A DNA stretch of 64,000 bases, from NCBI GenBank assembly GCA_004764695.1, contig SMSO01000025.1:2604001-2668000 (forward strand), given 5' to 3'. The stretch comes from Schizochytrium sp. TIO01 (Eukaryota > Protista > Bigyra: Labyrinthulomycetes). Made by a program: the position numbers and the translations under genes. Below the pieces are notes generated by a model. That model was not told where the DNA came from. It did no database searches and was given only the letters and a program-made list of their open reading frames with translations. Each line of letters opens with the position of its first letter. Position 1 is the first letter of the stretch. This document shows, in pieces, positions 13,878-25,600 of this stretch.

Positions 13878-14777
13878 TCAATCGCTTTCCTCTTCGCCGG
13901 AACCAGTTTCACTGCCGCTATCACTGTCATCGTCGCTAACTTTGTCAGCTCTAGCTTTCTTCTTTTGAGGAGCAGCAGCAGTTTCATCGCCCTGGCTCTC
14001 TTGGGTTTCTGAAATTTTAGCACCAGATGATTCATCAGATTTCACATCATCACTTTCTTTCTTGCGCTTCTTGCTATCATTGGCAGTGTCTTCATCTTCC
14101 TCTACCACATTGCGCTCGTCTTCATCAATATCATCTTCATCACCATCAAGTTTAAGCACTTTCGATTGGTTATCTGTAGCCCATGCTGTCTTGTTGTGAG
14201 CTATCTCGTCAAGAGCAGCTGCTCTTGAATTCGACGAAGTCGAGGCGGCAGCGGCTTCTGCTTCTAAATAACGCTCACGCAAAACCTGAATCTTAGCAAG
14301 ATTTTGCCCATACTTGTTACCAAAGATGTTGGAGTGTCCTTCGACGCCTGACGCACAACCGCGGCACCCGGTGACATTATCTCTAATCTCAGTCGCCTTG
14401 CGCTGGCTCAGGGGTACACGGCACACACTGGTTGTACCATAAGGATAGTTTGCAGTATTGATAACATAAGTCGAGCATAGACGTTCATATCCAGGTTTTT
14501 TCCACTTTGCAATCAGAGCCTTATCCACCAGACCTTGATCAATGCAGTACTTGTAGACTTCTTCGGAAATTCGGTGGTATTTGTAGTACAGTTGGTAGAT
14601 GTAGCGCGACTTTTGCCAGTTAATTTGGTGGACGGGCCACAGGGTCTCGGCCTTACTTTTGCCCTCAACAGGATCCTCCATACGTTGCCGTAGTTCATCC
14701 TCAAGCGCCGTAAGAGTAGGCTCGACATCTGCAAAGCCTGCTGGCACTTTCTTCTTTCGACGGCCCCATTTACTCAT
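13878..14777 (-). CDS. BUD31: BUD31/G10-family splicing factor variant with acidic/basic C-terminal extension
   Basis: LWPVHQINWQKSRYIY, LIAKWKKPGYERLC, CRVP and GCRGC match G10/BUD31. A ~155-aa extension carries KKRKK and KKKAR NLS-like motifs. May be a paralog rather than the ortholog. Confidence 0.85.
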   Translation of the reverse strand: MSKWGRRKKKVPAGFADVEPTLTALEDELRQRMEDPVEGKSKAETLWPVHQINWQKSRYIYQLYYKYHRISEEVYKYCIDQGLVDKALIAKWKKPGYERLCSTYVINTANYPYGTTSVCRVPLSQRKATEIRDNVTGCRGCASGVEGHSNIFGNKYGQNLAKIQVLRERYLEAEAAAASTSSNSRAAALDEIAHNKTAWATDNQSKVLKLDGDEDDIDEDERNVVEEDEDTANDSKKRKKESDDVKSDESSGAKISETQESQGDETAAAPQKKKARADKVSDDDSDSGSETGSGEEESD

Positions 14778-15793
14778 TTTGTAGTCAAATCACGTGAAGA
14801 CTTTACCTCCCTAGATTTGTTTCGAGTAAACTAAAATAGATATAACGATTCTTAACGCTAAGCTGTTGCGCTCACTGGGCCGAGCCTCTTGGCTTTCCAC
14901 AGGTCAAGGGTACGAAAGCACTTTGGTCGCGTAGACGCACCAGCTTCTTGGCAATCTCTCTCCTCTCTATCCCCAAAGGTCGTCGCCGATCTCTGTCAGG
15001 GATTTCAATGTCAGTTACAGGCAGTACCACGTGCGCCTTCCCGCTGCTGCAGCCTTGCCCTGGGCCAGCGACTGCGGTGAGTGTTCGTGATCTGTAGCGT
15101 CAAAAACTCGCCAACCCAAAAGAGCTCCTTCGTTGCTCAAGGCATAGTCAAAACCTCAACTCCCAATATACCCCCTTAAAAGTAAAGGTGGCGTTATAAA
15201 GTCGATGAGTCGTCTAAAGTGAAGGGGCATTTTTGATATTTTGTGCGGCCTACCTTAACCACCTTTTATTTTGGATCATGAGATGACGAGAGAAAAGCAT
15301 GAAAATTCGTTCATCCGCATGAAAATTCGTTGAGGAGAAGGAAGGGTCATTCTCACGTTTAGTCAGACCCTTTTCCTTTCAATATCTACGATTGACGCCC
15401 ATCTGGAGATTTTGCGTCCGTTCTTTATATGAAAGCCCAGGTGAAATGCCTCTCAGTGAGACTTTTAGAAATGTTTGACTTGATTGGCTTGGTGATGTTA
15501 GAGTAATGCATTCATTTCTTTTGCTTTAATTAATTAATTCCTTTCCGCTGTAAAATTTCTTCTGTTTCTCTTATAATACCTAACTCTGTACTGAGTTATA
15601 GAGATCTTTAGGCCTATTGATTTGTTTATTTTTTCATAAAATATTGGTATTGTTGATTGACTCGTCGTGAGTGATTGTAATTTGATGGATTACAAGTTGG
15701 TGAAGAAGAACAGGTCGAGGCACGAAGTTGCGATCAATGCAGAAACTGATTGCGCGTCAGACGGCGCGAGGTCTGTCTTAAGGAGGAGTGACA

Positions 15794-18700
15794 ATGGCTC
15801 TAGAGACATCAAAAGGTGCCCTACTGCGTGGGTGCGAAGCCCTGCGGCTTGGGGCAAAACTTGGAGGCTTGGCCACGGCAACTACTGGAGTGGACCTTGT
15901 TGCAGCCTTGCACCCGGAGTTAAAAGCAGCCTTTGAACTTGACAAGCTCTGCGAGGAGCTCCAGTTTGACTCACAACGCCATGGGGATGCTAAAGATAGC
16001 CTTCAAGCTCTCCAAAGTCAGTTTTCCAGAGAAGTGGCTGCGATTTTGCTAGCAGCAGTGCGCAAGTCCAAGGGCCAAAAAGATCAGGCAGGCAAGTATG
16101 TCGTAGACATTGTGGATGCCATTGTGAGCTGCTTTGGAGGTAGGTTGCCTATCTCAGTTTCACCATTGACGGAAGATGATGCTCTCAAGGAGGAGACTGA
16201 ACAGGAAGCAACAGCTGTGCCGCAGACGCCACTGGATAACCTTGACTGGGAATTCGCAAAGGATATTATTCAAGTGTACGTGCGCACGATTCCTGGGCTT
16301 GGCTCAGAGCTACAAAAGACTCTTAATTGCTGGACCGAAGTCGATGTTGAAATTCCAAGCAGGATTGTGTCTTTGAGCCTGTTGGTGGATGCTTGTCCTA
16401 CAGAAATGACCATCGAGCTTGCGGAGACGCTCAATAAAGTTTGTATTAAGGTGCTCACTACTTCAAAATACCCGCATGTTCAGCAAGCAGTAATGGACTC
16501 CCTCTTGCCTAAAATTTCTCAATGGCTAAGTGAAGATCAAATGCTTTCTCTCATTAAAGCTACGCGCCCGCAGACTGCGCTGTTGATCGGCGTGTTAAGC
16601 GTGTGTAGCGCAAAACCCCTCCTTGGTGATGCAGACCTATGGGAGTCAATTCGCCAAGGCTTGCGCCCTGCTTCGCCTCCCGCTGTGCAACGCCAGTACA
16701 AGTTTGTTTTGCAGCGTCTCGTAGCAAGTATGGATGATGAAACACAGGTAAAATGGTGGGCGGACTTTCTACGAATCCACGCTGGTGTGAGGGAACGCGA
16801 TCTCCACCACGTGCAAGCAGTCTGGCGAATTGCTCAGCGCCTACTTCAGAGCGCAACTGAAAAACAATGGCCATGGATTGAACTTCTGTTTGAGCTTGCC
16901 GCAACTCATGAAAACCAAGCAGTAGCTAAGTTTATTTTGACCACTTTTCTCACCGAAGATCTTGGTGGCCAGGCGCATGTCCTATCGCAAGGTTTTGTTG
17001 TAGATGTAATCGTACCAGGGCTCGCATTGAAGGAACTTTACAAAGCTGTTATTATTGATGATGCTTCGGGTGAAACTGGAGTTCTACGCGACATTGAAAC
17101 CCCTACTGTGGAGTTGTTTCGTGTGTGGGGTGGTTCCTCTGCGGAGCGGAAACAAGCATTGGTCCGTAAATTAGCAGAACTTGAAGCACCTTTGAGCCCA
17201 TCTTACGCTGTAATTCTCTCAAAAGCGTTGGCCGCTATGGAGGGGCCCTGTGGTTGGTTTGGCAATGCCGAGGTAATTGCTGTACGGGAATTTATCACAA
17301 CTGTGTTCGGTGGTTTAGGAGGTCTGGGTATGCTTGGGCGCTTGCGACTTGCTCATGAATTTCTTCTTCAAGCCTTGGTTTCACACGCAATTCCAGAAAA
17401 TATTTCTCTTGGTACTCTTCTGAATTTGCTCGAGGCTTGGCAGCTTCCTAACGATACACTAGCAAAGTTGCGCCAATGGGTTGTCACTTCGAAGGTAAGT
17501 TTCTAAATTGGATTATTTAAGTTGGCAGAATCTTTAGGGAATGCGATAAGGTAGCAAGACTAAAGTTCTTATGACCAACATAGTCATATGGACAGACAGA
17601 GTCATCATTACGAACATTCTTGGAATACACATGGGTTTGGTAGATATGCGGAATGATGTGTTTGCGCCTGTACTTTTGCGCATGAACAGATACTTTAGAC
17701 ACATGCTTGGGGGTGTTTCAAACCTAGCTGTCGCTTGCGACAAAAGGTATGAGTGCCCTTAAAGCTTTTTCGTGACACAAACGTTTACTACAATCCTGAC
17801 CGCGCCCTTACTTACATGTGTCAAGATGTAGTGAAATTTCGTAAAAAAAGGTTCTAATTCAGAATGAGAAACTGACGCTTGCATGTAAATGTAAAAATCG
17901 TTATTTACACAGACTTTCCAGGACATCATGGTGAATGAACTTAAACAATATATTGCAGGAGAGTCTGTGCAGGCCTTAACCTCAGATACTCGTGCGCAGC
18001 TAGCACTTTCCTTACTCGCAGATGTACCCTCGTGCGTGGAAAGTATTGCTGCCAATTTGGAAGACTCCCTCTCTTGCGTGTACTCCAGCCCGTACGCTTC
18101 AGAAGCTGGAAAAATCAATGCGTGTATGTTAGTTCAAGTGAATGCAAAGCTTGTTCAACCTGAACAAATTTTGGATGATCTTATGGCATGGTGCTTGCAA
18201 CTCATTCAGCATCCTGAGGAAGACCTTTCAAGCCGGGCATTGTTTGCTGCTCTTGGTGCCATGAAAGCCCTTGCATGCACAGTTGAACCTGGATATCTAG
18301 CACCAAAGGTAGTTAAACTTCGTGAAACCACCACGGAATGGCTTCAATCTGATGATTCTTTCCACTTTAGCCGGGCCATTCTGTTGTTGGAGGTCTTGGT
18401 CGAAATTTGTGAAAGTGAGGCGAAATGGTCTCGTGATCAGCTTCAGCTTCTCCTCGACAAGGAATTTATGCTCCAGGTCGAACGTAAAGATGGAGAAGCC
18501 TCCGCTATCCTAAAACGTCGTGCACAGGCTGCTTTTTGGGTCTGCATTGATAAGCTTTTACAAGTTATGAGTGATACTGACGTGAAACTGGCGAGCAAAG
18601 TGACGTGCGCAGCGCTTGACGGAACTGTTAAATGTCACCACTCGGCTCTATTGTGGTGCTATCGCATTCTTGGAGCTGGGCTCACAATGCTTAATGGAGC

Positions 18701-20612
18701 TCTGCCAGAGGGTATGGAGCCCCCCCAGCTTGTCCAAGCTCTCGAGTCCGGCCTTGAAGTGTCCGATGCTCGTACACCAAGTCTAATTCTCACATTCTGT
18801 GCGTCTATTTTTCAGGAGTGCTGCTTCAGATCAGAAGAGATGCGCGAGCAGGTTTTGAGGCCACTCTGGAACTCGCTGTTGGACGCGAATGCCCATGTCA
18901 TTGCTACACAAGTTTTCGGTAGCACATTTTGGAATCATCCCGAGCTGGCTGATGGTTTTTATGAGGAAGCTATTGAGCATTTGACTACCATTGACAAGGC
19001 CGTCATCACCTCAACGGCACTAATGGAGTTTGTTAAACCAGAGACCTGGATGCGAGGAGATGACACGCTTCTCCATGTACATGGCCGTTTCACTCACCCG
19101 TTGGCAGTATCACGCAGCTATGTCCTTGCTTTTATAGAAGAACGCGCAACTGAATCATGGTGCGAGAAATACTTGCGGGCAGCAATTGCCCGTTTCCAGC
19201 AGGCGCCAATGAATGCAGGGCAATACAACCATGCATACTCTCCTCAATTCCTTCAAAAATTTCGTGTGATGCAGAGCATTCCTGCTGCAGTCCGACGCAT
19301 CAGTGATCCCTCCATCAGTGCAGAGCTTTGCACCAGTCTGCTCACATTGCTCACGGATGATGATCGGCTTGCATACTATCACCGATGCTATTTGGAACTC
19401 GCTATTACATGCCTAATGGTGCAGTCCCCAGATACTTGCTTGCCCCTTCTCTCTGAATCTTTGGGCGACTTGGCTTGCTCACGCAACACAAGTGTCACAT
19501 CCAAGCTAATCGTTGCTGCATTAGTTGTGAATGAAATGAACCGCCAAGATCCTGCTTGGCCTGGCCTCCATGATTTTCACCGGGAGCTGGCTGTGAAAAC
19601 TATTCCATGGGCAACCCGCCCCCGCGTAATGACCCGCTCATTAGCACACTGGGTGATCCGACGCTGCAGCTCTAGCTTGAAAGATTGGAATGATGCTGCG
19701 CAAACACTAGTCCGCGAAACCGAAGCCTTGAACACTCTTGCGCAGGAGCTTTTGGATAACATCCTTGCTGATTTTATGCCTTTGAAGGCTGCCACATTTA
19801 AATACCATTGTGATGAGCAACAGTTTAATGCCACGGGAGATCAAATCCTTATGGCTACCTCTGTGCGTATTCTTCGAGACTTTGAAAACAACTTTTTCGA
19901 GAACGTGAATAAGTCAACGAAACCGGTGGCGTACCGTATTATCACTCAAGATGAGACAAGGAAACACTTTGAGGAGACCGGTCAAGACGCAACTGGCGCA
20001 GCAGCTCTCAATATTCAGGAGAAGATTAACCCTAACGCCTGGCAGGAGCTTCTTGCCCTGACTCAAGTCGGTGATGTCGCGCTTAGTTTCCCTCGTAGCC
20101 TACTTCGCCAGCCACAGACTGCTCGCCGGCGCGCAGGCGCAGATGGTCTTGTTGTAGTGTGCACCCTCCTGGAGCACAACCTCCCCAGTATTGCTGCGCT
20201 TGTCCGGACCTGCGAAGTTCTTGGTGTGGCTAAGATTGTTGTGCACAGTCTGGATATTCTAAAACTCGATACCTTCAAGGCGGTTACTCTCTCTGCTGGG
20301 CTGTGGATGCCATTTCAGGCAGTCACTCGACTTGAACTACCAGGATTTCTTGCTCAGCACAAAGCTCAGGGTTCTAGTCTCGTTGGCTTGCACCAGGCAG
20401 ATCCTCTTCTTCCGCCACTTGCAGAGCACCAGTATGCAAAGAATGCTGTGCTTGTTGTAGCTGACGAACCAACCGGTATGGATGCTGCTGTTGCTGAGCT
20501 TCTCGATGCTAACGTCTCCTTGCCCAGTCTGGGAAAGTCGCCTTCAGTTCTCCCGCATATTGCTGGTGCTATTGGTATTTGGGAGTTCGTCCTGCAACGC
20601 CGTCTTCGCTAA
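15794..20612 (+). CDS. TARBP1: TRM3/TARBP1-like protein (long helical solenoid plus C-terminal SpoU domain); join(15794..17494,17913..20612), ~1466 aa
   Basis: ORFs 15788..17506 and 17928..20612 join in frame through a GT-AG intron. The C-terminus (IQEKINP, LVVVCTLL, LVRTCEVLG, IWEF.LQ) resembles the Trm3/TARBP1 SpoU domain, and the total length fits the family. Confidence 0.85.
17495..17912 (+). other. Spliceosomal intron (418 nt, phase 0)
   Basis: AAG|GTAAGT donor, CTGAC branch-like motif near 17872 and TTTACACAG| acceptor. Splicing restores the reading frame. Confidence 0.85.
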
Positions 20613-21034
20613 AGCTTTCTTATGAAACCTTCTCACTGGACCTCTAAAGCGAACATACTTTAATCAGCACATCGCGAAACGCCATGACAAACAAACCAAG
20701 ACCATTGACTTGAACGTTGTATGTAATCATCAACTCTTTGCCTTCTTTTAGCCCCATCTGTGACAGATTCAATGATAGATCAATTTTAGGACTTAATTTT
20801 CACGCAATCTATTCATGAAGATAGCAAAGTTGGCAATTCGCACTCGAATACATCGATTGTCTCGATTTGGGTATTAGAGTCCTCTAAGAAAGAAAGCCAA
20901 CGTCAAAAACGAAGTTTGGACTATACTTTCTAAAGTATTAAAAAATTAATCATTAAAAATTAAAAAGAGGGTTTAAAAACCTTGATTGAAAGTAAAGCAC
21001 AAGAGGAATCTAGGATTGTACTCAGTTGAGCAAG

Positions 21035-22468
21035 ATGGAGCGCAACGAAGGCCAGCGAGGCGCAGAGGAGAACAGCGCAACAAAACTCAGCAGGGATCTA
21101 CCTGATGCTATCAAGGCATCTGCAACTATGCAAGGCACCTCGAAAGTGATGGATGAAAACGCTGGCGAGGCTGAGGCCTCAAGAAACTGCGAAGATGCAG
21201 TTAAGAACGAGGCATTCATGACCTGGCTGAGGGATGCTGGCTGCGATCTGGAGAAGGTGGTGTGGCCCGCTCGAGATGAAGCTACAGGTATTCGGGGTGT
21301 ATCAGCTCGTGAAAATGTGTCGAGCTTTGAGCCACTTTTCCGCATCCCATACAAGCTTATTGTCTCCGTAGACGTGATAGAAAAACATGAAGTGTTGGGT
21401 CCTTTTGTTCGGGAGAAAGGACATCAAGCGCCTCTTTCGGAACCCGCTCGCATGCTTACATTGTGGCTTGCGTATGAGAGACTTCAAGGAGAGAAGTCAT
21501 GGTGGAAGCATTATGTCAATAGCATGCCGAATGACGAGGATTTTGATGACTTTGTAGATCTTTGGAGTGATGAGGAGCTGGCAGCACTGCTCGATCCGGC
21601 TGCCGCTCGAATGGCAATTGGTAGTCGCGCGAGCATTAGTCTTCAATTCTCGCAGCTTGGGGCACTTGTGAAGGAGTATTTTGAAGAGCACAAGGAACAA
21701 AGCGATGCTTGTGTTGAAGGTCTTCGAACATTTGCGTCATCTCTTACTCAGGATGTCTTTCGCTGGGCATGCTGGGCAGTTGACTCGCGAACCTTTCTAG
21801 ACAGGAGATCGACTGAAAATTCGCTGCCAGTACTTATCCCATTTGCAGATATGCTTAATCACCACCCAACACATGCTGACTCTGCAGAGTTTGAATCTAA
21901 CTATTTCGCCATGGTGGCCGACCGTGATTTGAGAGCTGGTGGCATGCTTTACAACTCCTACGGTCGTCGTACAAACCGTGATCTCTTGTTGACCTACGGC
22001 TTTGTATTGCAGAATAACCCATGGGATTATGTATCTATTCGTCTACCCTGGGCAGGATTGACACCGCAGCGTGTCGACGAACCCTTTCTCCGTGCCAAAC
22101 TTTCCATTATTTCGCAATATCCAGACAGCGACCTTGGCCACCTCCATCTTCAAGGTGCACCCAATCACCGCTTACTAGGTTTCTTTCGTGTCTGGTGTGC
22201 AGCGTCTCCGGACGAGCTCCAGGCAGTTCGTGATGCTGGGCTTGAGTCGATTGCAGTTTCGCACGAGCGTCGAACATTAGAGTGCGCACTAGATTGTATC
22301 ATGAAAGCAACCCCACCTCAGCTTGCTTCGAGCTTAAGTAGACCTTCAAGCATCAAACAGTCAAGGCTGGACATGGCTCGGATATATTCTGAGACCAGGA
22401 TTCGCATTTGTGAAAAACATGCACAAGCATTAAAGCATCGATTACGATTCGTTGCAAATAACTACTAA
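21035..22468 (+). CDS. SET-domain methyltransferase, Rubisco-LSMT/SETD3/SETD6-like class
   Basis: GIRGVSA, SWWKHYVNSMP, FRWA.W.V.SR, LIPFADMLNH, YNSYGRRTNRDLLLTYGF, followed by a helical substrate-binding-like C-terminal domain. Confidence 0.9.
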   Translation: MERNEGQRGAEENSATKLSRDLPDAIKASATMQGTSKVMDENAGEAEASRNCEDAVKNEAFMTWLRDAGCDLEKVVWPARDEATGIRGVSARENVSSFEPLFRIPYKLIVSVDVIEKHEVLGPFVREKGHQAPLSEPARMLTLWLAYERLQGEKSWWKHYVNSMPNDEDFDDFVDLWSDEELAALLDPAAARMAIGSRASISLQFSQLGALVKEYFEEHKEQSDACVEGLRTFASSLTQDVFRWACWAVDSRTFLDRRSTENSLPVLIPFADMLNHHPTHADSAEFESNYFAMVADRDLRAGGMLYNSYGRRTNRDLLLTYGFVLQNNPWDYVSIRLPWAGLTPQRVDEPFLRAKLSIISQYPDSDLGHLHLQGAPNHRLLGFFRVWCAASPDELQAVRDAGLESIAVSHERRTLECALDCIMKATPPQLASSLSRPSSIKQSRLDMARIYSETRIRICEKHAQALKHRLRFVANNY

Positions 22469-22624
22469 AAATAGAATTATTGAAGCAACCTCTTGTTCTC
22501 CGTACCAAAATGCACGATAGAATCCATAGAATAAGAATTAGCAAAGAGAACAACTAAGTAAAATTTGAGTGGGTTGTGGTTTGTAAGATATTCGTTATTG
22601 AACAGATGAAGTAAAGGCTTTGAG

Positions 22625-25600
22625 TTAACGAGAGGAGGAAAATCTTAAGAATTGCGAAAGGCGAAACGGACTGCCACTTGTACTTCCAGAACCAGTGTTG
22701 TGTTGCACAGAAAGACCACTGGGCTTCTTTGAGCCGCTTTCTGGGGTACTCTTTACGTTGCTGTGTATACGGTCATTTTCATTACTCGCATAGCTCGCGC
22801 GCATCCGTTCGCGAAGAGACCTAGGCGTGAGGAGACCAGAACTACGGCGCGAGTGTCCATGGTGTTTAGAAGAGGAAAATTTACTACTTGACCCCTTTCC
22901 ACTATTCGATGTCGGCTTCTGCTTTCCGTCTGTCTTAGGAGGTGCGACAGGAGTGGCTGCTGCGGCTGCGGCTGCAGAGGAAGACTCAGAAACTGGAAAA
23001 AATGCAGCCACAGATTTCTTGGGAGACGCACAAAGATTAGGTGCATTAGCTCGTGTGCTACTATCGTCATTGCTGGTGCTAGGGAGATTCTCTCTCATTT
23101 TCGTGGTGTTAAGCTGATACTTGTTATTCTTTGGCGGTTGTTCAGGCGTAAAAGAGTTCCGCAGTGTTGTGGCAGGATTAAAAGACTCGACGTCAGACAT
23201 GCTACTACGAGGAGTAAAGCCGAGCGCACTTATGCTGCTCTGGCGAGGGGTTCCGTGGTGTGTTGCAGTGTCGTCATTTTCAAAAGTAGAAAGCCGAACC
23301 GTCTGGAACGAATCTCTCGATTGTTTTGTCATCACACTGCCACTGGAAGCCCGCAAGATAGACGAGGCAAAGTCGTTACCTGGATTATACTGTGCAGTGA
23401 GTCTCCGACGAAGTGTTTCCATCTCTCCCATAACTTTATCAAGCTGCTTAGATTTGTAATCAGCAAAGGAATTTGCCATCTCAACAGCCTCCTTGAGCTC
23501 CTTATTAGTGCACATAAGTCTTTCGTGTTGCTCTTGGAGCATTTGGAATTTCGACTCGCTTTCGACAAGGCGTTGTTGCTCGTTACCGAGGTTTGTGTCT
23601 CTCTCAGACAAAGACTTGCGCAAGTTAAGCTTGGCCTTCCGAGCAGATGTCGCCTGGCGCTCCAGCTGTACACTTAGTCGACGGTTATTCTTCTCTGCTT
23701 CTTTGAGCTGCTTGCGAGCATCATTGAGCTGAGTCAAAAGTCGCTGCCGCACAAGGTTTTCTGCTGTCATTTGAGGCTGATCGTCCCTGATGTCAACCGC
23801 AACGTTCTTTAACTCTCGAGCAGAGCGATGGGCCTCGGCTGCAACCTTTACCATAGCACGAGAAACGGCATTAGGCGAAGTTTGGCCAGAAAATGTGGCA
23901 GGCACGAAGTTACCTGTTGAGGCCCGCCGGTTGCCAGAGCTCTTAACACGCATAGAATCGAGAACACGCTTGATACGCTCGCGCTCTGCATCACCCTCGG
24001 CCTTGCGTTCCATTTCAAGAAAAAGTTCCTGCTCGAGCTTGTCAGCGCGAGAGATAGCTTGTTTCAGTTCTTCCTCTAGTGCGGCCACTAAGTCTTGGTC
24101 GCTGCTTAAGCTACCAAGTGGTCTATAGACATCTGGACAGTCAAACGAGTCCTTCTCTTCTTCTTCACGTTGACGTTCGTTCTCCAACTCGCTAACCAGT
24201 TTTTTATTTTCCTTGTCGAGACGCTTGACGATGCTTTCCAAGCCCTTCTTGTCATCTAGAACGGCTTCAAGTTGCATTTGAACGCTGGAAAGGCGGTGTT
24301 CAAAGCTATCGTTCTCGTCACTCATTGCGCGTGACTTAAACATGGTCGCATACGATGCATTCTGAATTTTGAGTTGAGCAATTTGAGCTTGCAATGATAG
24401 TTCATTTGATGTATCTCTGCACTCAGTAAGAATGGCTTCGTTTTGTTCAAACCATGTTGAATCTGCAAGCTCTGCTGCTTTGAGTTTCTGCTCCAAAAGC
24501 TGGAGCAAAAGTTTTTTCGCCTCGACGTCATCACGAAGGACTTGCTCATTTTCATGATGCTCCCTCATTTCGCTCGAGAGATGGCGAATTTTTTCACGAC
24601 TTCCACCAAGTTCTTTGAGAACATGAAGAAGTACTTCTTCCAGATGAGCAATTCGCTGGCGAAGAATTTGGTGGGCGGTGCTACCAATAGCTTCTGTCAA
24701 GCCACCGTTCTTTAGTACATATGCCTCGATACGCTGAAAGTCGGCATTCTCTGAAAGAGACTCTCGATTTTCCTGCTGCTTCTTTTCGATAGCCTCGGCA
24801 GCAGTCAGGGCAGAGTTCTCGAGAGAGTCCACCTGGTTCTCGCCTTCCATCGGCTGCTTCGCACGCCCTAGTTCCTCGCGTAGGCGTCGAACCTCACGCT
24901 GTAGCACAGAAACATCAGAGCTAATGGATGTATTGGCCTTGACGCTGTTTTTAATTCGTTTTGCTCGTTGACCAAACTGAAGCGTGGAAAGGGTGTCCTG
25001 AAAGTTTGTGGCATCTGGACTGATGGTGGCAATAATCGATGTCTTTGTATTTCCACCTAGAGAATCACGGAGTAAATACGTGAGAACGCTGTCGCGGTGA
25101 GGCACGTGGAATACGCGGCCTTTGCCACGTTCTACAAGAGCTGAAATAACGTTGCCGAGAGCGGAAAGAGATTTGTTAATGTGCTTGGCTTCGTTGAGAC
25201 GGTTTCCTGTAGCCTTCGTAAGACGCTGACGCTCAGAACCAGCTAGGTCTACTAGGTTGATGCGAGAAGTACGAGTGATCTCGAGAGCACTAGAAGCATC
25301 TTCAGCAGGTGACTTGATCTCCATGGAGAGTGTAAAAATAGAATGCGAGCGGCTAGATTCACGGTTCATATTTGTTGCACCAACGTGGCGGAGGTCTGCA
25401 CCGCGCTTGAGCAATGCAAAAGCATCTTGAACAGAACCCAAAGACTCCTCGACCGCACCTTCTACAAACACTCCACGACGTGTGTCTTCGCGAACATTTT
25501 TAGAGGGAAGGACAAAGCCTGGTTGGCCCATATTTGCGTGAGTCTCGAAATCTAGCAAATCATAAACATTTTCATTGTAAATTTCGAGGTATGAACAGTG

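Noticed and set aside
17495-17912. Intronic C/D snoRNA (ATGATGT near 17652, CTGA near 17796)
   Set aside because: The C box is imperfect, and I could not identify a terminal stem or an rRNA-complementary guide.
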